From Owenia fusiformis (lineage: Eukaryota): DNA of 64,000 nucleotides. The position numbers and the translations under genes were made by a program. Below the pieces are notes generated by a model. It did no database searches and had not been told where the DNA came from. It saw only the letters and a program-made list of their open reading frames with translations. The stretch covers positions 22,258,001-22,322,000 of the forward strand of contig CAIIXF020000001.1 of assembly GCA_903813345.2 (NCBI GenBank), written 5' to 3'. Position 1 is the first letter of the stretch. Every line of letters starts with the position of its first letter. Shown one piece after another: positions 50,170 to 60,576 of this stretch.

Positions 50170-53100
50170 TCTTTCTTGGTACCTGGAAATACAAAAAGAG
50201 GTCTCTAAGTCATAGTCCGCAAAGCGTTTTGGGGGTTTACGAACTCGCTTACCAACACAGTTCTTAACTTTATCAGACACATTATTATCTGACTTTGGCT
50301 TATCACACGCAGTAGGCTCCCAAAAATCTGTGTCCATCTGGCCATCAGGATCTTCCTTCTTCGACACTTCCTTGGCTTCAAAGTCCGAAGGTTCAGTATT
50401 CTTCTTGGATGCCCTTTTGTCAGTCGCCTCGTTCTTCAGTTCTTCAGATTTGTAGTCCTCATTCTTCAACTCCGGCTCGGTCTCCTCATTCTTCAGTTCT
50501 TCAGACTTGTAGTCCAATGGATCGGTGTGTATCTCCACCATCTTAGGTTCGGTATCCTCATTCTTCAGTTCTTCAGATTTGTAGTCCTCATTCTTCAACT
50601 CCGGCTCGGTCTCCTCATTCTGCACTTCTTCAGATTTGCAGTCCTCATTCTTCAACTCCGGCTGGTTAGGTTTGAAATCAAATGGGTCTGCTGCTAGCTC
50701 GGACATCTTTGGAATGGTCCCTTCTTGTGGTATAGTCCAACCGTCTGGAAGGCAACTCTCGTAAGGCTTCATCTGATCGAAATGTACCACCCTAGGCTTG
50801 ATCTTTCCCCACTCACGGATACGATACGTCACATCTGACATCTTTTGGAGGACCTGAAATGGACCAATCCATTTACATTGTAATTTAGGAGACACCCCTT
50901 TCTTCTTAGTGTTGTTTTTTAACCACACAGCTTCCCCTATAGTGTATCCCTTCCCTGAAACCCGCCGATCATAAGCATCTCGTTGCCGTTGATTGGCTTT
51001 CTTCAACACTTGGCTGGCGCGCTCATGTGCATCTCTTAAGCCTTGTCTAAGTTCAATCACGTAATCCGTCTTAGTTTCTTCTGATACAGGGTTTTCCACT
51101 ATCCAGGATACTGGCACAGCCAACTCCCTTCCGAACATCATCATTGCTGGTGTCTCCCCTGTCGCCTCGTGAGTGGATGTGCGATAGGCCAGCAATGCAT
51201 AAGGAATCTTTACATCCCAGTCGTATTGATGAACATCAGGCTGTAACAGTTTAGCAATAGTATCCAATAGAGTCCGATTGTACCTCTCCACCATCCCGTT
51301 GCTCTGCGGATGGAAGGGTGTAGTACGGGTCTTGTGAATCCCCATCAATTCACAGATTTCTTGAAATACATGAGACTCAAAATTTCTGCCTTGATCTGAG
51401 TGCAGTTCTGCTGGGGCTCCAAATCTGCAAACAACCTCGTTTACCAACTTATCAGCTACAGTTGTGGCTTCTTGATTAGGGAGAGGGTAGGCTTCAACCC
51501 ACTTCGAGAAGTAGTTGGCACACACCATTATCACCTTATTCCCTCTTGGTGTCTCGGGGAATGGTCCCAAAATATCCACAGCATAACGCTCCATAGGAGA
51601 ACTAACTCCTTGGACCTGCATGGGAGCTCTTCTAGCCTTCAAGGGTTTTCTTCTGGTTCCACAGGTGTGGCAAGAGCGCACAACTCCTCTAACATCGACT
51701 CTCTGCTCAAACCAATAGAATCTCTGTCGGCTCTTCAGGAAGGTGCGACGGACACCAAAATGTCCGGCAACCTTGTTAGAGTGGCTCATCTCTAGAACAA
51801 TCGCCTTCATTGGAGATGGAACTAGTATCTGTAGATGACCATGCTCCCCACTGGCATCCTCCCATCTGTTGCAAAGTACATTGTTGTTGATCTCAAGTTG
51901 ATTCCAAAGGTGCCAATAATGCTTTGTAGCGGGCGAATTGTAACTGATCTTATCCCAAGTTGGTCTGATTGAAGAAGTTCGCAGAGCCTCTAATATAGGC
52001 TGTATCTCAGGATCTTGTCCTTGTGCCTCCGCAATTTTCTCCAAAGTCCAAGTTGGTTCAACAGAGACCACAGAGATTGCTACCTGAAGCACATCTTCCT
52101 GTTCCACCTCATCACAATGTGAACACTGGTGACAGGGCCGTCTGGACATAACATCAGCGTTCGCATGTTTTGGTCCTGGGCGATATTCCAGTTGGTAGTT
52201 ATACTCCTGTAGTACCTCCAGCCATCGAGCTAGTTGTCCCTCTGGATTCCTGAAGTTAGTTAACCACCTCAATGATCCATGGTCTGAACGAATGGTAAAT
52301 CTGACCCCATACAAGTATTGGCGAAAATACTTGACAAAAAATACCACAGCTAAAAGTTCCTTGCGAGTCACGCAGTAATTCAACTCTGGTCCATTCAACC
52401 GATGACTTGCATAGTATATCACCCGCTCTTCATTGTCTTGAATCTGGGATAACACAGCACCCAAAGCTTCATGACTGGCATCCGTGTCTAAAATATAGGG
52501 ACAATCATCTCTGGGAAAAGATAAGATAGGTGCTGTAGTTAACATCTCCTTCAAAGCAACAAAGGCCTCCTCTGCTTCAGGATTCCACATAAATCTCTGA
52601 TTCTTTCGTGTCAACTTGTGTAAAGGACCGGCTATTTCGGCAAAGTTTTTGATATGCCTTCTGTAGTAAGAAGCCCCTCCTACAAATTGTCGGACATGTT
52701 TTACTGTCCTTGGAGTAGGGTACTGCACCATAGCTGCTATCTTCTCCGGGTCTGGTGCAATGCCATCACCAGAAACAACATGGCCGAGGAAGTTCACTTT
52801 AGTCTGGAACAGGGTACACTTGCTAGGTTTCATCTTCAATCCAGCTCGGCGAAGACAACCAAATACCCTTTCTAAGCGACCAATCGCTTGTTCAAACGTG
52901 GGGGCGAATGAAATCACATCGTCCAAATAAACCAGAGAACCATCATCTTTCAAACCACTAAGAACTTCTTCCATCAGGCGACAAAATGTCGAAGGTGCAT
53001 TCGATAAGCCAAATGGCATCACAGTCCATTGGTAAAGTCCACCTCTTACTGTGAACGCTGACTTCTCTTGAGCGTCTTTATCCAATAAGACCTGCCAATA

Positions 53101-53352
53101 CCCACTTGCAAGATCCAGTGTGCTGAAATACTTCGATCCATTCAGCATATCCAAGGTTTCATCGATTCTAGGAATTGGGAAAGCGTCTTTCTTCGTAACA
53201 CTATTAAGTTTTCGGTAATCGACGCAGAATCTCCATGAGCCGTCTTTCTTTCTTACAAGTACTATGGGTGACGCCCACGGACTCTGGGAGGGCTCGATTA
53301 TACCTCGCTTCATCATGTCTTCAATAAGATCAGTCACAGTATCCTGACGACT
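48784..53352 (-). CDS. pol: Pol: RT, RNase H, integrase (GPY/F) and long low-complexity extension; in frame with gag-PR across one TGA
   Basis: SPWASP, RFCVDYRKLN, MPFGL, YLDD, DTDAS, HANAD, H-H-C-C zinc finger, VDILGP/HSDQG/NGMVER, WIGPF. Confidence 0.95.
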   Translation of the reverse strand, partial: SRQDTVTDLIEDMMKRGIIEPSQSPWASPIVLVRKKDGSWRFCVDYRKLNSVTKKDAFPIPRIDETLDMLNGSKYFSTLDLASGYWQVLLDKDAQEKSAFTVRGGLYQWTVMPFGLSNAPSTFCRLMEEVLSGLKDDGSLVYLDDVISFAPTFEQAIGRLERVFGCLRRAGLKMKPSKCTLFQTKVNFLGHVVSGDGIAPDPEKIAAMVQYPTPRTVKHVRQFVGGASYYRRHIKNFAEIAGPLHKLTRKNQRFMWNPEAEEAFVALKEMLTTAPILSFPRDDCPYILDTDASHEALGAVLSQIQDNEERVIYYASHRLNGPELNYCVTRKELLAVVFFVKYFRQYLYGVRFTIRSDHGSLRWLTNFRNPEGQLARWLEVLQEYNYQLEYRPGPKHANADVMSRRPCHQCSHCDEVEQEDVLQVAISVVSVEPTWTLEKIAEAQGQDPEIQPILEALRTSSIRPTWDKISYNSPATKHYWHLWNQLEINNNVLCNRWEDASGEHGHLQILVPSPMKAIVLEMSHSNKVAGHFGVRRTFLKSRQRFYWFEQRVDVRGVVRSCHTCGTRRKPLKARRAPMQVQGVSSPMERYAVDILGPFPETPRGNKVIMVCANYFSKWVEAYPLPNQEATTVADKLVNEVVCRFGAPAELHSDQGRNFESHVFQEICELMGIHKTRTTPFHPQSNGMVERYNRTLLDTIAKLLQPDVHQYDWDVKIPYALLAYRTSTHEATGETPAMMMFGRELAVPVSWIVENPVSEETKTDYVIELRQGLRDAHERASQVLKKANQRQRDAYDRRVSGKGYTIGEAVWLKNNTKKKGVSPKLQCKWIGPFQVLQKMSDVTYRIREWGKIKPRVVHFDQMKPYESCLPDGWTIPQEGTIPKMSELAADPFDFKPNQPELKNEDCKSEEVQNEETEPELKNEDYKSEELKNEDTEPKMVEIHTDPLDYKSEELKNEETEPELKNEDYKSEELKNEATDKRASKKNTEPSDFEAKEVSKKEDPDGQMDTDFWEPTACDKPKSDNNVSDKVKNCVGKRVRKPPKRFADYDLETSFCISRYQERMSHRGHGRRDYGGRDDRYGSQDRRDRSRSRETDRDYRNRDQGQSRDHDRGRASNRRENDRGTDHRETERDYRNRDQDQKRDHDRDGASSRDYNRVDKFARWERSSLSSSKAFSQEEQVASLQSPEGIQIMRQISGLLQGLQTPCTTTYPPSASLGAPPEKNSPMTVSVPPTVDKPVPCLSTGEEPADKTKRVEGVLSVWGKILDSKKEPSVKEKSPEKIAIDSNNNEKSDDMKRPTDKDTKKTDKDIKQITDKDPKKTTEKDTKKTDKDIKQTTDPKKTTEKDKNTTDKNIKKTTNDTKKPTDKDSKRVSDGTVKPTDHDIKKTYEEKAKTTSKQGKRVVKDKSGQDNKVESEIEEVEKMDSRTVVVEGASSKPHNKRVRKAPKSKKYVVDSSDEEDVKLNQQPRVELQRLQDEETDEYEDYQRGTIRNPIKMEIRFRYFARDGSVIEDETLVSRYSDLKI

Positions 53353-56300
53353 TCAGGGTAACATGCGATATCTTTGCTTTATTGGTGGAGTATTCCCGGT
53401 GTCTATGCTGTGCTCTACTAGAGTTGTCTTACCCAAGTCACCATCTCTTTGGGCAAAAATATCTTGATTCCTCACAAGTAGTGATTGAAGTTGATCACTC
53501 TGATTCTGTGTAAGTCCACATGAACTTCTTTCAAATAAGGCCTGCATAAAATCTGGCAATGGTATAAGTCCTTCTTCAGCTCCCTCTGAAGTTGAAAGTG
53601 GGCAAACGACCTCTTGTTTAACTTTTTCCAAATTCACATGGTAGGTCTCATCATCCACCAAAGTGAAGACTCCCAAAGTTTCTCCTTGGAGGACGGATAC
53701 TTCGAAGTCGTTATTGTTCCGCACTTCTATATAGCTGACCTGATTAGCATCAGCTAATATGGTTACCACTTCAAGTTCATCCATCTGGGTATCAGATAAG
53801 TGGGGTTCAATAATGCCCACCCCCACTAGTGGTTCCCTCAACCGAACCTCGATACATCTACCAGAGTAAGGAGGTATGACCACTTCATCCTCAGAGCAGT
53901 TGTAACAAAATGTAGATTGTTGTTGAGCACACATCTGTCTCAAATCGGGAAATACATCATCTTCCAAGTCCAAACTCTCTTGAGACCCATGTGGCGTTTC
54001 TGGAATAACGATAGGTTCCGCTGGGGGACTGTCAGGAAACTGTACCTCTGGTTCAGGCGACGGAGTTTCAGGTACAAATAGTTCCCAGGCATCCTCAAAA
54101 ACTTGAGAATCTTCTGATTCCTCTGTGTCTTCCTCGACTACAGACAGGGGACTATCAGGAATTTCTATCTTGACTCTAGGTGAAGGTGTCTCAGGTCTAG
54201 GTTCTACCATTCTCTTCACTTGTGTTGAACTTGGTCCAGCTTCAGCTGATTCTTTTAAACTCTTTGTAGTCCTGGGCTTGGATCCAACAACCTCCAATGC
54301 TGAGCCGCTACTACTACTTTCATTTCTTGATAACTTAGTACTGCAGCTACAGAAGTGATCAGATTCGTCTGACTCAGGTCCCTCAGGATCATCAAGTTGA
54401 TCTTCTGCTGCACCAGAGTTATCTTGTGCCCCAAAACTAAGTCGACAGCGATGGTAATCTACTATAGCTCCAGATGCGGACAAATAGTCGCTTCCCAAAA
54501 TTCCATCAAAGTCTATGTTGGCTACAGCAATCTCCATCTCTTCGGTATGTCCATCTATATTAACAGTACCAAGGATAACTCCCATCATGGCCAGTGGTTC
54601 CCCATCTGCTTGGACCATAACATGGTTTGGAGGTAACAACTTTGGGCGATATCGAGGGTTCATCCTACGATAAACTTCACCACTCACAATGGTACGCACT
54701 GCTCCAGAATCTAACAAAAAGATCACATCAGTGCCACAGACATCGCCATGAGCTATAACCTTCCGAACATCCTTAGGGGATTTGTTCTTGGTAACATCTC
54801 TCCCTGAATGAGACAGGAATTTCACCGGGGCAGTCTGATTCGATCCAGCTTGGGCCTCTCTGGCTCTCTCTTCATTTCGTTTCCTCGAATAACAGTCGGC
54901 CATCACGTGTCCTGATTTGTGACAGTAGAAACACTCAACTTTTCTATTTCGGTTTCCTCTCGATTCGAACCCAGGCTTCTTTTGTTGTTCCAATAACTCC
55001 ACCATTTTCTCTAAGTTCTTGCTGCATTCCACTTGTACGCTTTTCTGGATATTCTCTATCAGTTGGGTAATCTGCTTGAACTCACTCTCTTTTTCTTCCA
55101 ACGCACTTATTCTACCGTATTTTGGCTTTTGTCCTTTTCTAATCCGTTCAGACTCTAAGTAGGACTCTTCCTTCAGAGCGATTTCTATTGCCTTATCCAG
55201 AGTGGTACATTCTTTTGCGTGGATTGCTCTGCGTATGTCCTCTTCTACTATAGCTTGTTCAAAGCTGCGTCTGGCAAGGCGGTCTTGAGATGATCTGCTC
55301 ATTTCAGGGTAGGCCAATGCCGTAAGCCGTCGGATGTCTTGACCCAAGGTTTGAAGTGATTCTTTGGGCTTCCTCATTCGACCAACAAGTTCCGCCTCGT
55401 AGATTTCTGCTTTGCCACCAGGCCCGAACCTCTTCTCCAAGGCCAGGATCAACTGCTCATAGGTGTATCCCTCTTCCAACTCTAACACAATCTGCTGTGC
55501 TGGACCTCGCAGACTTGTGGCCAGGTACTGGTTCTTCTCCTCCGAAGTCCATCTATTGGCTTTACAGCAAATCTCGAAGTAAGCGCGATACTCTTGCCAT
55601 GGAGTTGTACCATTAAAAGTGTCAGGCTTAATTCGGCTCTTGGATTTGGGCCTGTCATCTTGGGACAACTTATCACAGAAGTTGTTGAACATCTTGAGGA
55701 AATCTGTAGAAACACCAGGTATATTAGTATCATCTTTCGAAATCTTCGGTTCAGGGGAATCAAAACCCGAGAATTTATTATCTTCTTCAAATCTAGTTCT
55801 TATATCAGAATATGGTGCCGTATGATCACTGCTTCTAGGTGGATGTCCATCCCTTTCTCTTTGGCTCTTAAACTCGTTAGCGTCCCAGCCTCCAGGAAGA
55901 TACACTTCATCAGGTTTATTAAACAGTATAGTGGGATCTCTGTGGTCTGTTTGGTGTTTAGTTGGCACATAGACTCTGTCTTGTCTTTGTAAAGACCATG
56001 GTCGCTTCCTTTGAGGAGGAAAGGACTCTGGAATATCCTCATCTTCTAAATCTTGTTTTTGACTCATTGGCATCGTAGGTGATTTGAACGGTTGCCTCTG
56101 AGATTTTCCTGCAGAATCTGGCCTAGGGTTCTCATCAAACTCTGAAGGACAACCAACATCTTCGTAGTTTCGTGACCTCGAAACGACTTCTTGCTGAACT
56201 GGAGGAATGGTCAAAGTAGAGTGCAACTTGTCAATAGACTCACCAATAGTCTTCTGGAAAGATTCCATGTAATGTTGCATCTCTTGTAAGCGGCGATCTT

Positions 56301-56931
56301 GTATTCCCGCAATCTCTTGTAGTCGCCTCTCATGCTTTTGCTCACTGCCTTGTTGAATATTCTTGGTCTCCGCAAGGTGTTCCACTATTTGGGACATGCT
56401 ACTGGTCTGTATCTGCTGAGTTGTTGTTATGGCATTCAACTGTTTCTGTTGTGTATCCGCAATGTCACCTAACACAGACATCTTCCCTTTGAGCTGTCCC
56501 TCAATCATAGTTAGTTCTTGTCTAATCTCTTCGGCTGCTTGAACTTTGTCTGAGGGCCGATTAATGATAGTTGATGTCAATGGGAAACGTGGTCTTGGGG
56601 GAGGATTCCTTCTATCTCGAATCATGGGATGTGCCGGAGTTCCCATATTATCTAAGTCTCCTCCTGTCCAGTAGCCTGTACTTTGTATGCCAGGAAAAAT
56701 GCTCATTTCAGAATCCACCTTCGAATCTTTAGCTCTGGCGCCTACACCAAGTTGATCCTCTGGTTGATCAGACAATGGTTCTCCATCTTGTTGCACAGGT
56801 AAAGTTTCATCTTCAGCTCCAGGATTTTCCACTTCAGCTGACTCTGGTTTCAGGAACACTGTCTTCTCCATGTCAGACTCGTCTCCATCTCTTGGATAAG
56901 GAAGACCTGCCTCTAGTTCCATCTTGTCCAT
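53353..56931 (-). CDS. gag: Gag-protease polyprotein (1192 aa)
   Basis: Capsid KPDTFNGTTPWQEY...W...LATSLRGPA, knuckle CFYCHKSGHVMADC, protease FLLDSGA...GILGSDYL, then an acidic linker and a possibly dUTPase-like degenerate segment. Confidence 0.95.
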   Translation of the reverse strand: MDKMELEAGLPYPRDGDESDMEKTVFLKPESAEVENPGAEDETLPVQQDGEPLSDQPEDQLGVGARAKDSKVDSEMSIFPGIQSTGYWTGGDLDNMGTPAHPMIRDRRNPPPRPRFPLTSTIINRPSDKVQAAEEIRQELTMIEGQLKGKMSVLGDIADTQQKQLNAITTTQQIQTSSMSQIVEHLAETKNIQQGSEQKHERRLQEIAGIQDRRLQEMQHYMESFQKTIGESIDKLHSTLTIPPVQQEVVSRSRNYEDVGCPSEFDENPRPDSAGKSQRQPFKSPTMPMSQKQDLEDEDIPESFPPQRKRPWSLQRQDRVYVPTKHQTDHRDPTILFNKPDEVYLPGGWDANEFKSQRERDGHPPRSSDHTAPYSDIRTRFEEDNKFSGFDSPEPKISKDDTNIPGVSTDFLKMFNNFCDKLSQDDRPKSKSRIKPDTFNGTTPWQEYRAYFEICCKANRWTSEEKNQYLATSLRGPAQQIVLELEEGYTYEQLILALEKRFGPGGKAEIYEAELVGRMRKPKESLQTLGQDIRRLTALAYPEMSRSSQDRLARRSFEQAIVEEDIRRAIHAKECTTLDKAIEIALKEESYLESERIRKGQKPKYGRISALEEKESEFKQITQLIENIQKSVQVECSKNLEKMVELLEQQKKPGFESRGNRNRKVECFYCHKSGHVMADCYSRKRNEERAREAQAGSNQTAPVKFLSHSGRDVTKNKSPKDVRKVIAHGDVCGTDVIFLLDSGAVRTIVSGEVYRRMNPRYRPKLLPPNHVMVQADGEPLAMMGVILGTVNIDGHTEEMEIAVANIDFDGILGSDYLSASGAIVDYHRCRLSFGAQDNSGAAEDQLDDPEGPESDESDHFCSCSTKLSRNESSSSGSALEVVGSKPRTTKSLKESAEAGPSSTQVKRMVEPRPETPSPRVKIEIPDSPLSVVEEDTEESEDSQVFEDAWELFVPETPSPEPEVQFPDSPPAEPIVIPETPHGSQESLDLEDDVFPDLRQMCAQQQSTFCYNCSEDEVVIPPYSGRCIEVRLREPLVGVGIIEPHLSDTQMDELEVVTILADANQVSYIEVRNNNDFEVSVLQGETLGVFTLVDDETYHVNLEKVKQEVVCPLSTSEGAEEGLIPLPDFMQALFERSSCGLTQNQSDQLQSLLVRNQDIFAQRDGDLGKTTLVEHSIDTGNTPPIKQRYRMLP

Positions 56932-56973
56932 CTTGTAAGTTCTCTAGTTCTGGCTCGTCTTTGGAAACAATTC

Positions 56974-56992
56974 AATCCCACCGCTGCCACCA
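56974..56992 (-). other. Primer-binding site, tRNA-Leu
   Basis: Plus-strand AATCCCACCGCTGCCACCA matches the 3' end (with CCA) of animal tRNA-Leu AAG/TAG as I recall it; 1 nt from the 5' LTR. Confidence 0.85.
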
Positions 56993-57289
56993 GTGTAACA
57001 GTTAGGCCTTTTTGTGGATATTTTGGTAGTGTGGACTAATAGGCCTCTGTATACCTTGTGGGTTACGTGACACACGTTAAATGTGTTTGCACCAAAGATT
57101 CAACAGAACTTTTAATTATATTTATTACACAACAAACGATATATTGTGGCGTCTGTAGGCCCAAAATTGTGTACATCAAATAGCAAAATGTCCTTATAAT
57201 AAACTGGAATAGAACCAATGTTCGTTGTTGTTGTTATTATTCACTGTAAGTCCAAACATATAAGCATCAATTGTGGGATTGGATTGAAG

Positions 57290-57496
57290 TCACACAAAGT
57301 TCACTGTACTCAGGCTGAAGCCAAGCGATGACTGCAACACTGGAATCTGTCTAGTTGGTATTGGAGCAGACTTATCATTAGATTCTTCGTCTGTAGTGGT
57401 AATGCAAACACGAGTGCAAATTACAAACATCAAACAAAGGAGTACAAACGATATGCTGCCCACAATCAAAGCGATGAAAAGAACATCCAGTTCCAT
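57290..57496 (-). CDS. LTR-encoded 68-aa membrane micropeptide (5' LTR copy)
   Basis: Translation identical to 43969-44175. Confidence 0.55.
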   Translation of the reverse strand: MELDVLFIALIVGSISFVLLCLMFVICTRVCITTTDEESNDKSAPIPTRQIPVLQSSLGFSLSTVNFV

Positions 57497-60400
57497 ACAA
57501 GGACCAGTATCTTGTCTCGTGCAGGTAGCCTCCTCGTGCTAAGTCTAGTGAATCGTCTTCTCCCTCAAGTAGCCTCCTCCGGCTAAGTCTAGTGGATCCT
57601 CTTCTCCCTCAGGTAGCCTGCTCCGGCTAAGTCCAAAAGATCCTCTTCTCCCTCAGGTAGCCTCCTCCGGCTAAGTCCAATGGATCACCTTCCTCAGGAA
57701 GTCCGTTCGACAAAGTCGCTAAAATAAAGACCCAGCCTCAGTGAGTCCGTTCGACAAAGTCAACTGGAACGTCTTCTCCCTCAGGTAGCCTCTTCAGCTA
57801 AGTCCAATGGATCCTCTTCTCCCTCAGGTAGCCTCTTCAGCTAAGTCCAGTGGATCCTCTTCTCCCTCAGGTAGCCTCTTCAGCTAAGTCCAGTGGATCC
57901 TCTTCTCCCTCAGGTAGCCTCCTCTGGGTAAGTCCAATGGATCACCTTCCTCAGGAAGTCCGTTCGACAAAGTCGCTAAAATAAAGACCCAGCCTCAGTG
58001 AGTCCGTTCGACAAAGTCAACTGGAACGTCTTCTCCCTCAGGTAGCCTTTTCAGCTAAGTCCAATGGATCCTCTTCTCCCTCAGGTAGCCTCTGGCTAAG
58101 TCCAATGGATCCTCTTCTCCCTCAGGTAGCCTCTGGCTAAGTCCAATGGATCCTCTTCTCCCTCAGGTAGCCTCTTCAGCTAAGTCCAGTGGATCCTCTT
58201 CTCCCTCAGGTAGCCTCCTCTGGGTAAGTCCAATGGATCACCTTCCTCAGGAAGTCCGTTCGACAAAGTCGCTAAAATAAAGACCCAGCCTCAGTGAGTC
58301 CGTTCGACAAAGTCAACTGGAACGTCTTCTCCCTCAGGTAGCCTCTTCAGCTAAGTCCAATGGATCCTCTTCTCCCTCAGGTAGCCTCTTCAGCTAAGTC
58401 CAGTGGATCCTCTTCTCCCTCAGGTAGCCTCTTCAGCTAAGTCCAGTGGATCCTCTTCTCCCTCAGGTAGCCTCCTCTGGGTAAGTCAAATGGATCACCT
58501 TCCTCAGGAAGTCCGTTCGACAAAGTCGCTAAAATAAAGACCCAGCCTCAGTGAGTCCGTTCGACAAAGTCAACTGGAACGTCTTCTCCCTCAGGTAGCC
58601 TCTTCAGCTAAGTCCAATGGATCCTCTTCTCCCTCAGGTAGCCTCTGGCTAAGTCCAATGGATCCTCTTCTCCCTCAGGTAGCCTCTGGCTAAGTCCAAT
58701 GGATCCTCTTCAGCTAAGTCCAGTGGATCCTCTTCTCCCTCAGGTAGCCTCCTCTGGGTAAGTCCAATGGATCACCTTCCTCAGGAAGTCCGTTCGACAA
58801 AGTCGCTAAAATAAAGACCCAGCCTCAGTGAGTCCGTTCGACAAAGTCAACTGGAACGTCTTCTCCCTCAGGTAGCCTCTTCAGCTAAGTCCAATGGATC
58901 CTCTTCTCCCTCAGGTAGCCTCTTCAGCTAAGTCCAGTGGATCCTCTTCTCCCTCAGGTAGCCTCTTCAGCTAAGTCCAGTGGATCCTCTTCTCCCTCAG
59001 GTAGCCTCCTCTGGGTAAGTCAAATGGATCACCTTCCTCAGGAAGTCCGTTCGACAAAGTCGCTAAAATAAAGACCCAGCCTCAGTGAGTCCGTTCGACA
59101 AAGTCAACTGGAACGTCTTCTCCCTCAGGTAGCCTCTTCAGCTAAGTCCAGTGGATCCTCTTCTCCCTCAGGTAGCCTCCTCTGGGTAAGTCCAATGGAT
59201 CACCTTCCTCAGGAAGTCCGTTCGACAGTCGCTAAAATAAAGACCCAGCCTCAGTGAGTCCGTTCGACAAAGTCAACTGGAACGTCTCCCTCAGGTAGCC
59301 TCTTCCGGTGAAGTCCAATGGATCCTCTTCTCCCTCAGGTAGCCTCCTCCGGCTAAGTCCAATGGATCCTCTTCTCCCTCAGGTAGCCTCTTCAGCTAAG
59401 TCCAGTGGATCCTCTTCTCCCTCAGATAGGCTCCTCCAGCTAAGTCCAATGGATCACCTTCCTCAGGAAGTCCGTTCGACAGTCGCTGAAATAAAGACCC
59501 AGCCTCAGTGAGTCCGTTCGACAAAGTCAACTGGAACGTCTTCAGTGAGGAAGTTTCACAATAAATTATCTAAGTCAAACTTCAAATAGAACAAAGTCGA
59601 AGAATATTTCAAAGTGTGAGTAAGAAATATTCTAAGTCCAAGTTAGTATAAACGACTAAAATGTATAAGTCCAACTCCAGGTAGATGTACCACAGAACAA
59701 AGTCAAAGAATATTTCGAAGTGCCAGTAAGAAATGTTCTAAGTCCAAGTTAGCATCCACAGCAAAATATACAAGTCCAACTTCAGGTAGATGTATCACAG
59801 AACAAAGTCAAAGAATATTAAAAATGATTAAAATATTCTAAGTCCAAGTTAGCATCCACAGCAAAATATACAAGTCCAACTTCAGGTAGATGTATCACAG
59901 AACAAAGTCAAAGAATATTAAAAATGATTAAAATATTCTAAGTCCAAGTTATCATCTACAGCAAAATATACAAGTCCAACTCCAGGTAGATGTATCACAG
60001 AACAAAGTCAAAGAATATTGAAAATGATTAAAATATTCTAAGTCCAAGTTAGCATCCACAGCAAAATATACAAGTCCAACTTCAGGTAGATGTATCACAG
60101 AACAAAGTCAAAGAATATTGAAAATGATTAAAATATTCTAAGTCCAAGTTAGCATCCACAGCAAAATGTACAAGTCCAACTTCAGGTAGATGTATCACAG
60201 AACAAAGTCAAAGAATATTGAAAATGATTAAAATATTCTAAGTCCAAGTTATCATCTACAGAAAAATGTACAAGTCCAACTAAATTGACTTTGCCAAAGT
60301 TTAACCTCAAGTAGATTCGTCTACAGCCAGGTACATGTGAACAGAACAAAGTCAAAGAATATTAAAAATTGATTAAAATATTCTAAGTCCAAGTTATCAT

Positions 60401-60521
60401 GTACAGAAAATGTCAAAGTCCAACAAAGTCAAAGTTGTCAAAATTTACAAAATATCACGAGCGGAGCTCTGTACCAGTCAAAAGCTAAATCAAGTCTCTC
60501 TCGAGTGTCAACTTTCTCAGC

Positions 60522-60576
60522 TTATATACTCTAGGAGGTTGCCCGGATGACGTACTCGCGCAATACAAAATATTGG
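60522..60576 (-). promoter_or_regulatory. Candidate LTR core promoter: TATATAA with upstream CRE-like TGACGTA and CCAAT (also 47201-47255)
   Basis: Minus-strand GTATATAAG ~700 bp into the LTR, just upstream of array 2. Confidence 0.6.

Noticed and set aside
49213-50208. Hydrophobic plus-strand ORFs
   Set aside because: Antisense shadows of the K/D/R-rich repeats in ORF3.
53353-53355. Selenocysteine codon
   Set aside because: Not at a recognisable catalytic Cys position, and no SECIS recognised.
56974-56992. tRNA gene
   Set aside because: Only the 3'-terminal 19 nt including CCA; this is the PBS.
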